Of a DNA stretch of 64,000 nucleotides, positions 23,801 to 38,800 are shown piece by piece. Position 1 is the stretch's first letter, and the number at the start of each line of letters is the position of its first letter. The DNA lies in assembly GCA_043228905.1 (NCBI GenBank), contig JBHGNT010000011.1, positions 21,080,001 through 21,144,000 of the forward strand, read 5' to 3'. A model generated the notes under the pieces. The model worked only from the letters and a program-made list of their open reading frames with translations, searched no databases and had not been told where the DNA came from. A program made the position numbers and the translations under genes. The DNA is from Azolla caroliniana (lineage: Eukaryota; Plantae; Polypodiophyta).

Positions 23801-26800
23801 AAAGACTTGTTTAAAGAGGCAATGGTGTCTCCCTCTTACTTCATAAAAAACACTACAGTGACAAACATAGTGTTCTTCAGATTCCACTACTTAATGACAC
23901 AGTTGGCAATTCTTTCTTCTAGAGGTATTCTTGTATACTTGCCTACCTCAATCTCTAACTGATGTGATGAAGTTTGCAGCTGCCCTATCACACTGCGCAA
24001 CGCATAGGATAGATGTATGTCCATATAAAGTGGCCTAGTGATGAATCTAGTGCATTTATACTTATTGCATGTGACTCGAACCAGTGCTGCATTTCAGCAT
24101 TCCAACAATGAATATCTCCATTTTACCTCATGCCATTGCTGGTGCTTCCCTCGTTTCATAGGCCTCTCCATTCTGGATTGACTTTACTAGAGATCTTTTG
24201 AAGAAAAAAGTACAGTAAATCTGATTTGAAAATCTTACATGAATAGATGACAAGAGTCTTTAGTCATGTCTTAATTTTATTTCAATTTACGTTATTATTA
24301 TTTTTATGTTTATTTTGGTTTCCTGTTCTCAAAGATAAGACAACCTATTAAGATGTAATCTTTTGTTTGGTTTTATAGGCCATTTTGGCCTCTTTGAAAG
24401 ATGTTTCCTTCTTCCATCTGCCCATACCGTAAATTCTGCTTCTAGGACTGAGCCATATTGCAGAGCCAAGTAACTTGCCAATCATGAGAGTCCTATAGTT
24501 GCAAGATATCATGGGATGTTTGCTCTTGAAGGATGGTGCAATGGTATTTTCAATTCAGTTGGCAGGAAAACCGTAACTCAACTCTATTACAGATGTGTGC
24601 AAGAATGAGGACAAAGATGTTGTGAGCGTAGATAAAATGCGCAGCTACCCAATCCATCGTGATCTTGGGCCTTTTCAAATTGTAACTAATCAATGGCATT
24701 TCTCACCTTTTATAGGGAAAAAGGTGAACTCATGTGGGTGCAACTGGTATTTCAATGGCATTTCTCATCTTTCATAGGAAAAAAGGCAAACCCAATGGCA
24801 TTTCTCACCTTTTGCTTTCCATTCCTAGGAACAACTAGTACATGTTGCCTACAAATTTAGCCAAATATAATCTCATGTTCTTCTTCACAAATCGTGAGAA
24901 GGTTGTTGTTCTTTGTTTATGTGTGCAAATCCCCCAGATCACTTCTCATTGCAAGCGTCTCCTTATATCAAGATATTCCTCATTGTGCCAACTTATTTAT
25001 GGGGATCTACTACGTACATGTGCACTGCTGACTGTAATGCAGGGAAATGTATTTGCTGCATAATATATTGATTTTGATACTGCTCGTATTTAGCGTGCCC
25101 AGTTCTGTTCTTAGCATGCACATCAGTTTGGCATTTATTCTTAATTGTAAAGTGTATATATGCATAATCCACTGTCAAACCAATAGAGTTTTCTAGAGAT
25201 AGAGAATTTCTTTTATCTAGTGCGGAAAGAAAGATATATTAGCGTCTTTTAAGAGGCCAAAATGGCCTATAAGACCAAACAAGAGATATATGAGACTAAT
25301 CATAATTACAAATATGGCTGAATTTTTGTTATCCATACCAAATAAAAAGTAAATGCTTAAGTTTTTTTTGGCATTAAATAACATGAACTTGTGAATGAAG
25401 CTAAACAAGGGGAGGCTATATACAGAAAGATTACACTCTTCCAACGGTAGATCAATTTACCGAGCTTTAGCAGTGGGCACCTGGTTGGGATATGGATGGA
25501 TAGTAGAGGTTTCTTAGAATCCGAATATTTGGGATGGTCTTTATGCATAGGCGAATGGCAGGCAGTTATTAGATTTTTACTATATGGCATAAATACAGAA
25601 CAGCAGCATACCCAGCCGCAACGTTGACTCGTGAATATATAGATGGGAGCATTTCCTAGTTGTTCTTAGGTGTCAAGTGAAGAAGTTATGAGAGCACATG
25701 ATTGATTAATCATCACACATGGTATGAGAGCACCGCACACCCATGTGAGATGAGAGATTATTGGCAGTGGATGAATCTCTAGATGCTGGATGGCCATGGA
25801 CTAGGGAAAGACGTTGATGATCACTTGCAGTTGAGCATAGATTATCCATGAGGAAGATGTGACAAGATGGGGAAGAAATGAAATGAAATGCTGATTCATG
25901 TCTTAAAAAGACCAAGATGATCTATGAGACCAAAAACATTACATCCAAAGAGGCCTTCTGAGTACATGCGACTTCTCCCTTCTCTTAATTTTCTCATGTT
26001 CTCGTATGTAAATCAATATAGACCACTGGAATGGCTCTATGCCACACCTTTTGTTTGCATTTCTGGTTTTGTATTGTATGTTCTCATCAAATAGACAATC
26101 TGGCAAGCCTGTTTATTTTGTTGCTTTACACACAAGACATGACATTTTTAGAACTTTTTATAATATACTTTCTGTTGTATGACAAAGAAATCCTGTTTTT
26201 TTTTTTTTGTATGCAGGTCATTGTATGTAGGTTGATTGACAGACCCCTGAGACCTATGATGGCCAAAGGGTTCAACTATGAAACTCAAATACTTTCGTGG
26301 GTAAGTTGAATCGCTTTATATTGTGCATAGTTAAATTCAAAACCACTCATATATTTTGTCTTTCATTTTTCTCCTGTCTCATTGTCATTGACAGAAGGAA
26401 TATTCTATGTGCCCATTTTATTTTTCATTAGAAGTACAGGGACTCAAGTGACCTATCAAACAGGCTATGGAATAAAGGCTTTTGTTACCTAGGATTTTTC
26501 TGTCTTTTGTTGGGCAATTGCTATTTAGTACTGAGATTCTATGATGTATATGAGGGATAAACCTGATCTGCAGAAGCACGTGCAGTATAGTAATCCTCAG
26601 ACTGATTTTCGCACTATCTAACAGTCTCTAGTGTAGGCAATTTTAGAACTTCGTTAGCTGCAGTACATTGACGTAAATAACTTGAATAGCCTAGCAATTA
26701 TCCAGAAAGTACTATATCTTTAGCTAGTATACATCCAGGATGGCTTGTTCTGTTCACTTGGTGTCCCTTTCTTGTCATGGAAATTTGCATTATAAGCCCA

Positions 26801-29800
26801 TCACCTAATAATTGAACTTCAATTTAGTGAACGTTTTTTATGTGTATCTTGTTGCATTTCAGGTCTTCAGCTATGATGCTATACATTCTCCAGAACCGCT
26901 GGCAATCATAGCTGCCAGTGCTGCCTTGTAAGTGAATGAGAGAAGAGGATGCTAAAAGTAGAACAGAACTGAGTGCATACTGCACCTGATGGAGTTGGTT
27001 TTATTGTTGAGCATACTGAATTTGTTTACAAGCTTGAAAACCTCTAGAAATGAACATTATTTGCTTAATTTCCTTATAACACGAGATTGTCTATTAGTGT
27101 GCCATTGCTCTAAATTTTCAGTGTTCCATATATGAATCTGTGTTTTCCCTCACATACTTTGTATGTCTGTCTTTAAATAATATGAATATATTCTGATAGC
27201 ATGATATGTCACTCTGCATTATTCATGAATAGTTACGAATGTCTTCTTAAAGAACATCTTGTTAAGGTAATATATTTTCTGTTGAATGAAATCAAACAGT
27301 GCTTCGTGGTACTTCCACGTTCAACACATTGTTGATCTCTCAAAATCGCCTTTAGAAAACAATGCTGTTTTAGTTCAGTGTGCTAGGTTTTGCAGGAATT
27401 AAGGAAACATTTTTCTTGTAAAACGAAATGTCACGAGCATCTGTTCTTAGGATGAAGTTACTGAAAGTCTACAAGTCGAAGAAACATATGATTGTCTTGG
27501 AGAAATGTTCTCTTGGAATGAGCTAACTGTTTAAAACTCTTTAAGCAGAAAGTCAACATAATATACATTGATACCCACTTTCCATGAAAAAATTCTGAGA
27601 GGGATGGGGAGGACAGTATGTTTATATGTGTCAGTTTTAATTGGCAACAATGTGATGTATTACTAAAACGTACCATCCTCTCAAAATAAGCTGCATAACT
27701 GTAGTGCTTTTGCCTTTCTGTAGCATGTATCGATCGAGCATGGGATAGAAAATCTATCTCAAAACGAGCTAGTGTGGGAGAGTCTTCTGTCATGTCTGAT
27801 TTTGTGATGCCTTTTTTTCTCTATGCAGAGCACTTTCGGATGTACCTGTCACGAAGGTTATAGGCGCTGTACGCATTGGCATGGTAAATGGAGAATTTAT
27901 AGTTAACCCAACTGTTCAAGAGTTGAAATCCTCAAGGCTTGACATGGTTATGGCTGGATCCGAAGATTCTGTAATTATGATTGAGGTGAGAAAGAATCAT
28001 GTTAATGCATAAAGCTCCGCTTCTGTCTGTGTTAATCTGTTCCCATTTAACTCTATTCATGATTTGAGTCTAGCAATTATTCCAACTTTATACACTTAAT
28101 GATATAAAATTGGTCTGAATACATCTGTCATATACTGCTTTAAATCATATTGTGCACTGTTGTTGTATTACAACACCTCATTAAAATCGTTTTAAGCTGA
28201 ACTGGAACTTGTGAAATACCAAATAATTATTTGTATGGTGATTATATTCAGACTTGGGATATTTAATTAACCATTACTCTGGTAAATTTTCTAAAGGAAC
28301 TGCTGAAAAGGTCCATAGAAAATAACAAGCTAGGAACAGAGGAGTGTAAATCTGCAAGCATTGTTCACAATAAGAGGAAAAAGGGATTACATGTATTCTG
28401 TAGGCACAACTTGTAAGAGGATAAAAGGAAATGTCCCTTGTGAAATTTTTGTTTTTAAGAACTATCAAATATGCAATAATGTCTGATTTCTGTAATCTAT
28501 GACATCAGAGGTTACATGCTCTAGATATATGATGTGTATCTCTGCTTGTTTAGGGACGTTGCGAGTTTGTAACTGAAGAGGAATTACTCCAAGCAATAGC
28601 AGTAGGCCAGGTATGTTATTGAATATATTTTTAAAAATAGAAATCATCATCTGAAAATTTATGCTTAAAATACTTCGCAGGAAGCTGTCAGCAAAGTATG
28701 CAATGGCTTGCAAGAACTTGTAACGAAAGCTGGTAAACCAAAGCGATATGACGCAATACATCTTCCACCCGTTACCATTCAAAAATATATTGAGGTGAAT
28801 ATTTTCAACTATATAGGATAATGTGCCAAGAACTATGTGATTTATATGTGATTGTATGCAGCTTGTGACCTTAAATGATGTAATCATAATATTATTTAGC
28901 TAATGTTGTAACCCTATATGAAAACGTATCTGTATAAAATGTTGTCAAACCATTAACTCCTAACATTGGATTATTTGATTGTTTTTTAATGAGATAGGAA
29001 AAGGGTCCATTCAGATTCTTACAATTCTTGGACATGATACCTTCTACATTAGTACCTTGATTCATCGCGCGCATAATACGCGCGTTAGAACATCACAACC
29101 ACATCTTTTGGCCCATGATTTGAGAGAAAGAGAAAGAAAGAAAGAAAGATATATTAACGTCTTTTAAGAGGCCAAAATGGCCTATAAGACCAAACAAGAG
29201 ATTACATCTTAAGTGTTGTTTCGTCTTTGAGAACAAGTCAAACTAAAATAAATATTGCTAAGTAAATATAAAATTAAATAAGATAAAAAGAGACTAAAGA
29301 ATCTTGTTATTGATACATGTAAGATTCTCAAGTCAGATATATTGTAATTTTTGTCTTTGAAAGATCTCTAACATAGGTCGATCTAGAACAGAGAGGTTCA
29401 CGAATCGAGGGAAACACCTGTGGTGGTGGGAGATAATGGCCTTTTTTTGTCGATGACAATGGTGGTGAGATCGTGGTCCATTGGTCTGGGGCCAAGGCCT
29501 ACATGCACAACAAATTGGTATTGCCCGATCTATTGTAACCCCTTTGTTATGTCCTGGTTGGGAGCCCATTTGTGTATCCCTTGATTGACTTGTAGCATGA
29601 GTAGGACTGATGGGGCCAAAGAAAGTTGTGCTTGTCCTTTGTTAATGAGCTTCAACAACTTGTTGAAGAATTCTAGTTCTGATCTTGTTACCCATGCTTG
29701 AGTGGTGTTAAACATGAACCTTTGTCTGTGTTTAACACCACTTTAGTTTTATTCATGGTTATTGACAAACTATTATCCATACAAAATACTTTTAAGGCGT

Positions 29801-32800
29801 TAGATGTCTTTGTAGCCCCCTTTGAGTCAGAATTCAGCACAATATCATCAGCATATAGTATTTGTTTGGTGATGATCGCTAGGCATGCTCCTGAACGCTT
29901 GAACATCTCTATGTAATGTGATACCTCATCAATATAGAGACCGAAGAGAGTGGGTGAGTGTGCACATCTTTGTTTTGCTCCAATTGTGGTAGCCACAGCC
30001 TTTGACAAACTATTGGGGAACCACACTTTTCCTGACATGCATTCATGCAGTACATAAATTCCCCATTGCATATCTATAGGGATACCAAGAGCTTCTGGCT
30101 GTTGCATAAGCCAAGCAGGTGGTACAGCATCAAAGGCTTTTTGGAAATCCACAAAGCACCAATCATGATTGTCCGATAGTTGCTCGGCATCATGGGGTTT
30201 CCACTCTTGAGGATTGGCACAATGGTATGTGCTGTCCATCTAGTAGGGATTTCTTCACTCATAGCTCTATTTATTAAAGATGTGTGCTAACAATGGGAGC
30301 AAGATATCGCGGGCATAGATAAAGTGCTCACCTACCAATCCATCATGATCCCGGGCCTTCCCAAATTGTCTCCGATCATTGGCATTTCTTACATTTTGTG
30401 GAGTAAGAAAGGCGGATTTACATGGGTAGGGAAGTGGAGGCTGCTCCGAGATATCATATAGTAGCTTTGCATATTCATGCCACACTGGAGGTGAGGTCAG
30501 TTATGTTGTAGGTTGCCTCTCATTAAACATTTACCATGCTCTTTTACTTTCTTGTCCTAGGAACAAACGATACAAACGATCTTTAAATTTAGCTAAATAC
30601 AATCTCTTCATCTTCCTCACGAGGCATTGGAAGGGGGGGGGGGTTACTACTCCATAGTAAAAATCTCTATCTGAAAATAATGCATGCACAAATGTGCTTA
30701 GCCTTCTTGGTGGAAATTTGAGTAGGACACTTCACATTATCATTGACCATCTAACAAGCCATCTTATTTGTTGCGAATTACATTGTATGCCGAGAATACA
30801 ATAAGTAAATGATATTCATCCTCCATGAGGTTTTCATTGCATACATTGCATATCTTCATATTTGGGTGATGATGCCATGATGCTACCTTAACACTTAACT
30901 TATGTGAGCAAGTTCAAAGAAGTGTTGAGGCTCTTTGAGGGCCAAGGCTCATGGGGGTTGTGAGATGTGATTGGATATGTTTGGCATTTTTACAATGTAT
31001 TGGGGCGCGTTCGTGTGCAAACATTGTGGTGGGAGCTCGGTCGGTTAATATTTTCAATGTAATATTCCAATTTTGACATTTTAGCATCTAGCCACTTCAC
31101 AAAACAAAAGCGCTAGAAAAGCTTCACGATCATTATATGAATGCAGGTGGTAAAAGGATTTTTATGTTGGTTTTACGAGCATGTGGTGTGTAGCTAATAT
31201 ATATGAGAGAGATGCTTAGTTATTTCTAATTATTAGTCTGGTATCATCAGGAGTTGGTTGGTGAAGAGCTTATGGAGGCACTTAACATTGCTTCAAAAGC
31301 CTCTCGCAAAAGGGCCATTAGTGTTGTTGAAAATAAAGTGATGGAAACATTGAGTCGAAGGAATGCACAGGTAATACAACCCCCTCCAGAGGAAGAAGAG
31401 GTTCTTGAATATCATGAAGAGGTGGGTTTGATTGATGGAGAAGTTGATGAAGGGGATCTTCACGTTAAAGTGACATCCAAGAAAAGTTTAACTGAGGTGA
31501 GTCACTCTTATCTTGTATCTTCAGGATTTTTGCTTGGATGCATGAGCTGCTATTGTCTAGAATATTTTTAAATGAATTAAAAAAGCTATGCCGAGAGTCA
31601 TGTAAATAAAGCTGATGTTTTCTACAGAACCTTGACCCTATTGATGTGAAAGTGGCTTTTAAGGATGTTACATCTAAGTTTATGCGGAAGCTTATTGTAC
31701 AGGTAGAACTTTTTATATTCAAATATTGTGTTTATGTTTTGGAGTTCGTTTCCTGTGTCTCAAGTAAACGCTGAAGATTAAGTATGCTGTTAGCAATTTT
31801 AGAAGGTAAATGCACATGTATGCGTGATATAATTTTAGAAGTGATAGGATCACGTGAAATTTTTAGATTACGCTATTGTTGCAATTTCACAAGCATCATT
31901 TGTAACGTGGAAGTTGAGTTCCATTGTATAAATTGCTTAGCCATGTTGTTTGATTGTGGGATCGCTTATATTTACTGAACTTAGTTGAGTCTATTGCTCA
32001 CAACTATATTTCTATTTACAGCATGAAGGATTCTATTATATTCATCTTACAGTCATAGTTTATACAGAGTAGGAAGAGAAGTGATGGGCGAGGATTGACA
32101 GATATCCGACCTATCCAGAGTGCATGCGGTTTATTGCCCCGGGCTCATGGCAGTGCGTTATTCACACGTGGGGAGACACAGGTGCTGTTTGTCTTCTATT
32201 CTACCTCTTGTAACATGAGTTTATAATTTTTTGGGTGAACTTACAACACTAGCATTTGGTTCTATTATAAAGCCATAAATATTGTTCTTCTTTGTGCGTT
32301 TGCACTATCCTAACACAATGACAAATTGGTGTGGAAGTACAGAGGATCAGAAAATATATCTTGCTCGTATTTGCTTTTTAATTTCTGTTCTGGGGATAGT
32401 CCTCTTTCATACAAGAAAACAGTGTCTAGAAATAGAAACTATTAGTTACTTATTTCAAAATTTAAATCTGACATTATCACTCCTTGCAATCCCTGATGTT
32501 TCTATATTTTTGCCTCTTGATGTCGCTATATTTCTTCCAATGAAGGTGCAATACCTGATGTTGATCTCTTATCTAGGACTGAGCCTGCAGGATCTGCATC
32601 TGTATATGCTTCTATATTAAGCCCCATTCCACTTCTAGAAAGAATACCGTGTTCTGGAACTGCCTACTGTACTGACTGCATATGTAATATCAGGCCTTGT
32701 ATGGACTAAATAGATTATCTTTCAAGCCAAAATTTGGTACATTTCTTTGTCGACGCACTCGTCTTCCTTGTGTACTCCCAATTGTGGTACATTCATTGCT

Positions 32801-35800
32801 TGTGTCTGATAATGCCTTGGAAAAGTTTTGGGGATGCTAATGCTATTTAGGCTTGTAAGAAAGCATTTATTGGCTGGAGAACAATTCTGACTGAAACATA
32901 TTTATAAAATCCCTTTCTATATTAACATAGTCTGATTTAGTGGATGGTTCAGCTTCTAATGAACAAGAAGATGGAGAGATAGGATACCTCAGATTCAGTA
33001 GTTGAATTCAAGTCATGGACATGCGTATGTTCAGTAGACGTCGATTTCTTCTTTAAATATACCATGGATCATTTGAATTTGTTGTCTCTTCTTTGCTAGT
33101 CAGTTCTGAATGTTTTTGTGTGGGACCTCAATGTCTCAGTGACTTGATTGGTTGTAGATCTGAAAGTGAGCCTAGGACTAGGGCTTTAAGTATTATAATG
33201 AGGACTTTATCATAATTTTCTATACTGAATTTCTCCACCTGAAGATTAAAAACAGAAAAGTATGTTTCAGACTCATTAAATGCTACCATAATAGAAACAA
33301 ACTTTTTTTAGTTTGAGGGTGATAACGTTTATAACCTTTCTGTGTGGATGAGTAATCAATACATTTACACTTTATGGCTCTAGGGTCTAGCTTTCCTTGA
33401 TTTTATATTATGAACATGAACAAAGATTCTTTGAATAAGATTATTGGTAGACTTAAAACATAGGAAAATTTGCTTAGAAGCTCTATTGGACTCTTAATAC
33501 CCCAAGACACCAGTCAGTAGCTGATTTATTAGATATGTAGCAGTAAGAATAACTTCTCCTGAATAGGTTTTAAGCACATGTTTTTGGAATACCAAAGCTC
33601 AAGATGTATATAGTAAATGGCTGTTCTTCCTTTCTGCTATCAGATTTTGTTGAGGGAGTATTCACACATGATGAATCATGATTGGCCATTACTTGGCTAA
33701 ACTATATGGCTCGATTCTGGAATCAGAATTGAGTATATGGGCAGAGCAAAATGGCTGCCGTTCAATTGGACAGGCAGGCTTTCGGAAGGGTTTCACAACT
33801 TTGGATCACATATTCACCCTCCGGGCCCTTATTGAGGAGGGCAGAGCCCACAATAAGAGGATTTATTGCTGCTTTGTGGATTTTCGAAAAGCCTTTGACA
33901 CTGTGCCACGTGCTCGGCTTATGCAGCGGCTAGAGGCCATTGGTGTTTCTATAGATATGCAATGGGGAATCTATGCACTCTATGAATCTGTTTCAGGAAA
34001 AGTTCGGTCTCCTAAGGGCTTGTCAGAGGCGGTGGCTAGCACAATTGGCGTGAAGCAAGGATGCCCACTATCCCCCACACTCTTCGGTCTCTATATAGAT
34101 GAGGTATCACAGTACATAGAGAGATTTGGTGGTTCCGGAGCACACCTAGCAGGTATAGCTATACAGATATTACTATATGCTGATGATATTGTGCTGATTT
34201 CTGACTCTCCGGAGGGACTACAAAGACATCTAAATGCCTTAAAACTATTTTGTACGGACAAAGGTTTGTCAATCAACATGAATAAAACTAAAGTGATGGT
34301 GTTTAACACCACCCAAGCATGGGTAACAAGATCAGAACCAAAATTCTTCTTGGGAGAGGAAAAGGTGGAATACACACGCTCCTACACATACCTAGGAGTA
34401 ACATTTACAGGACCTAGGTTCTCCTTATAGGAGACTGCTTGTGCCCGACTTTCTCGTGGATATGCAGCCCTTGGTGCTCTCGAAAGACAATGTGCACATT
34501 TGCAGTTCCAAGAGCCACGGACTAAGCTATGGTTATTTGATACACTTGTCACACCAACTCTTCTCTATGGAGTAGAGACATGGGGACCGAGTCTTAACAA
34601 GGCAAATCATTGGAAAGATTTAGAGAGACCTTTTGTGTCAATGATTGCTCGCATGATAAGGAGCAAAGCATCGGTGCCCCACGATATAATCCGGGCAGAG
34701 ATGGGAGCAGCACCTATAATAACCGAGGCATTGTTCCGATCAGTGACATTTATCCAACGTCTTTGGGAGTTCCCTAAACGAAAGTACCCAAGGTTGGCAC
34801 TTATGTCATCAAGACAACTGGCTGAAAATGGAGACACTCATTGTTGGTATGCTGAAATGCAGCAATGGTTCGAGTCGCATGGCATGAGTATAAATGCACT
34901 ACCCCCGTTCCAATATAGCTTGGATTGTCCCCATCTCAATATGACCAAAGTGGAAAAGAATAGAGTGATCTGAACTGATATTATTAACTTAGAAAATAAG
35001 ATAACATGGATCAGCCCCAAAATACCACTTGGTACAAAGATGGCCCACTATAAGACACACTTCTTACATACATCGGAGGATGGATTTGTCATAAGGCCAC
35101 CTTATATGGACATACATCTATCCTATGCGCTGCGTAGTGTGATAGGGCAGCTGCGAACCTCATCACATCAGCTACAGATTGAGGTGGGCAGATATACACA
35201 ACTACCTCTAGAAGAGAGAATTTGCCAATTGTGTCATCAGGGAGTGGAATCTGAAGAACACTATGTTTGTCATTGTAGTGTCTTTTGTGAAATCAGAGGG
35301 AGATACCATTGCCTCTTTAAACAAGGCTTTGGCCCACTACGCAAGGTAATGGAATATGAGGACCAAAAATGCCTAGGATTTTTCTTGCTCGAGCTCAAGA
35401 GACATCGGGAAAAGTTGTTGAAGAATACAGTCACACAAGCTCATCCACAAAGAACAATCACAACTTTCTTTAGCTCCATCACTCCTAATGCTAGAAGTCA
35501 ACCCCAGGATACAAAAATGGGATCCAGACCAGGATATAAGACGTTAATATATCTTTCTTTCTTTCTTTCTTTGGAAATATTGGCTCAATATACGATTAAA
35601 ATAATCTCGTGCACTATCTGACCTAAACCTCTTAATTCCAACATGGCTCAAATCGGATTTGTTTTTTAGCAAAAATACCCATGTTACTCAAGTACAATCA
35701 TCAATAAAAAAACTGAACGAATGTCCACGATTTTTTTTAGGAATGGTTGATGAACCCCATACATCACCATGAACTAAATGAAAGGGAACTGTGCTTCTAC

Positions 35801-38800
35801 TATTGCTAATAGGAAGATTCGTCGTCTGTTTTGCAAAGTCACAAATTTCACAAATAAAACCGTCAACGTCGTAGTGAAACATGACCAAGTTGATAGTGCT
35901 ACCAGAAATTTTCTCTATGATCAATGATTCTTCTGCGAAGAATAGATGTGTTTTTTCATGTTTATGTCAAGACATCTCAACTTAATAAAGCCTGTCCTGT
36001 TCTTTAGCATGTGCAATCGTCTTCACTGATTCCATGTGCTAAATATATATTGTGTGTCATAAAAGATAAAATGACACACATATCATGTGCAAGCTTTTGT
36101 AAAGACATTAGATTAGTGGACGGCTTTGTGGCATGAAGAATATTTCCAAGAATAAGTGATTAAAATAATTAGATGTCCCATACCCCAGAAACTGTAGGTA
36201 ATGAACCGTCTGATATAGCAACTTTTCGAATTCTAGGACGTGGGGCTTTATGTTGTAAAAGGTGATTGATCCATCACTCTTGAATCTCCGAGCATTTCTG
36301 TTATCTGAGACATTAAATCAAATGCAAATGAGAAACTCATCTGAATGTATTAATGCGGTTATGCATGTAGCTTCCTTTTGTCTTTACCATGGTTGGTTCG
36401 TTGGTTTTGTTGTGACTTTTATTCATTTTGTTCTGTGGTTGTCTTTTTTATTGACTGGTTTTCTGCTTATTTCCCCAATCTGAACTGGATGTTAGTAGCT
36501 TTCCATGAAGATTCCAATATTTTTCTCAAGTTTTTGCAGTAGGTGCAAAATATGTTGTTGTATTCACGATTTTGCATATTATTCCTCCCATATTTGGATA
36601 TCATCGGTGACACATTCATTAATTTGTTTGTGTATTCTTTCGAGGGTGTGCTTCAACTCCTGATTTTCTTACTCTAGGCTTATCCACTGATATGGAGTTG
36701 ACTTTGCAGGTATTGGCAGTGACTACTCTAGGAGGTGAAGATATGGGTCAAAGGCTGGACAATCTGACAGAAATAGAGACAAAACGGTTCTACCTTCAGG
36801 TATTTTATTAAAGTTATTAAGGAGTATTGAGACATAATTTGTGTATTAGAATGCCAAGTTCTGGCATTGGTATTTCTTCTTGTCATGTTTAGTTTTTTTT
36901 GCAGAACAAATTGGTTTCGTGAACAAATTACGATTCCAGCACAAATTGGCTTCGTGATGCCAATTTGTTCCATGTAATCAATCAGATGTATGAGAAGCCA
37001 ATTTGTCATTGATAAAGATAGATTAAACCCAAATATACCTTAAGGAGAAGTTGTTAAATAGAGGCATACATGTGAATTTGTATACACTGTCTCAAAGATC
37101 ACTGTTTCACAATTCCAAACCAACATCTCAGTTGAATGAATGTGGCGTGGATAAAGTATGATTACAGTTTTAGACACATCTTTTTAGTGAAAGTTCGCAC
37201 AGACATATACCTCAAGATTTGTAGATGTGAGACTTACCTTCGTAGTTCTGGGGATTGGCCCACATGAATTATTAAAACATTGTTTTTGACTTATTTCAAG
37301 TGTTTATTTATACCTACAAAATTAACTTATTTATTGATTTTATTTGAGCTGTTCCAATTTAATAGTAATAAATTTGTCTGATTTATAGCTTTATTAAAAT
37401 GCAGTATACTTTTCCCCCATCCTCTGTTGGTGAGCCTGGACGTGTAGGAGCACCCAATCGCAGAGAGATTGGCCATGGAGTTCTTGCAGAAAGAGCTCTT
37501 GAGCATGCCCTGCCCTCTGAGAAAGAATTTCCTTACACAATCCGACTAGAAAGTACTGTAACTGAAAGCAATGGTTCTTCAAGGTTCATCCTTTTTGCAA
37601 TTTCTTTTGGATTGTTTGCAATTTTTTTCTTTTTGATATTTTGTAACATGTTGTGTGCACTTGATCTGCAGTATGGCATCAGTATGTGGAGGCTGCTTGG
37701 CAATGCTTGATGCGGGAGTTCCCCTCAAACACAACATTGCTGGTGTTGCAATGGGTTTGATCTTGAATTCCAATGAACTTGGTGGAGATGGAGAGCCAGT
37801 TATACTGAGTGATATTATTGGAGCAGAGGATGCCTTGGGAGACATGGACTTCAAGGTTCTCCAATATCTTAACCAACAAGAGTATTATTTGTTTAAATTC
37901 ACATGTCAGATGTAATGACTTGGTCTGCTGCACTTTGAGAATTGTCATTAATAAGACTCTGAAAAGCCACAATGAAATGATTGAAAGTGTCCTTAGTGTT
38001 GCTAGTTCTTAAATTAGGTACGGGAAACTTACAGTTTATGTTTTCCATATTAGATTGCTGGAAGTGAGAACGGCATCACAGCTTTCCAGATGGATATAAA
38101 GGTTTGGTTATAACTTACAGTAAGCAACCACATAATTATTTTTTTGGAACCTAAGTCATATTGAAATTACAGGTCGAAGGAATCAGTCTAAATATTCTGG
38201 AGAAGGCTCTCCTACAAGCGAAAGAAGGAAGGCACTATATTCTTGGTAGAATTTATCTTTTTAATCCGTGAATCATAGTTTCATACTCAAGAAGCATGCA
38301 TACACCTTTGATGATGTCCATGGATCACAAATAACCTAGTGCTGTCTACTTTCGTAATTTTGTTTTGTATATAATATATGGAACACTATTTACAAAAGAG
38401 GGAGATATAGAGAGGGAGAGGTTTTTACAGGGGAAATGGCTAAATGTGAACCACCACCATCCAGGAAACTCTCCAAATATGCCCCATTAATAGAGAGCTT
38501 AAAGGTTTGTGCTCCCATCAAAATACATTTTGGATTTTTAAAAACTTTTCAGAATTAATAGGTGAAGACTTTCAGATAGACCCTGATAAAATCAATGGTG
38601 TCATTGGGAGCGGAGGTAAAACAGTACGATCTATTATTGAATATTCTGGGGTTGATTCTATTGATTTGGAAGATGACGGATCGGTAAGTGATTGCATAGT
38701 GGCTGAACACTCCCTTATTGTTTTCGTTGTCTGAACCTTATAGTATTACTTTGGACAGATCCGAATCATTGCAAGGTCTTATGAGAGTTTGCAATCTGCG

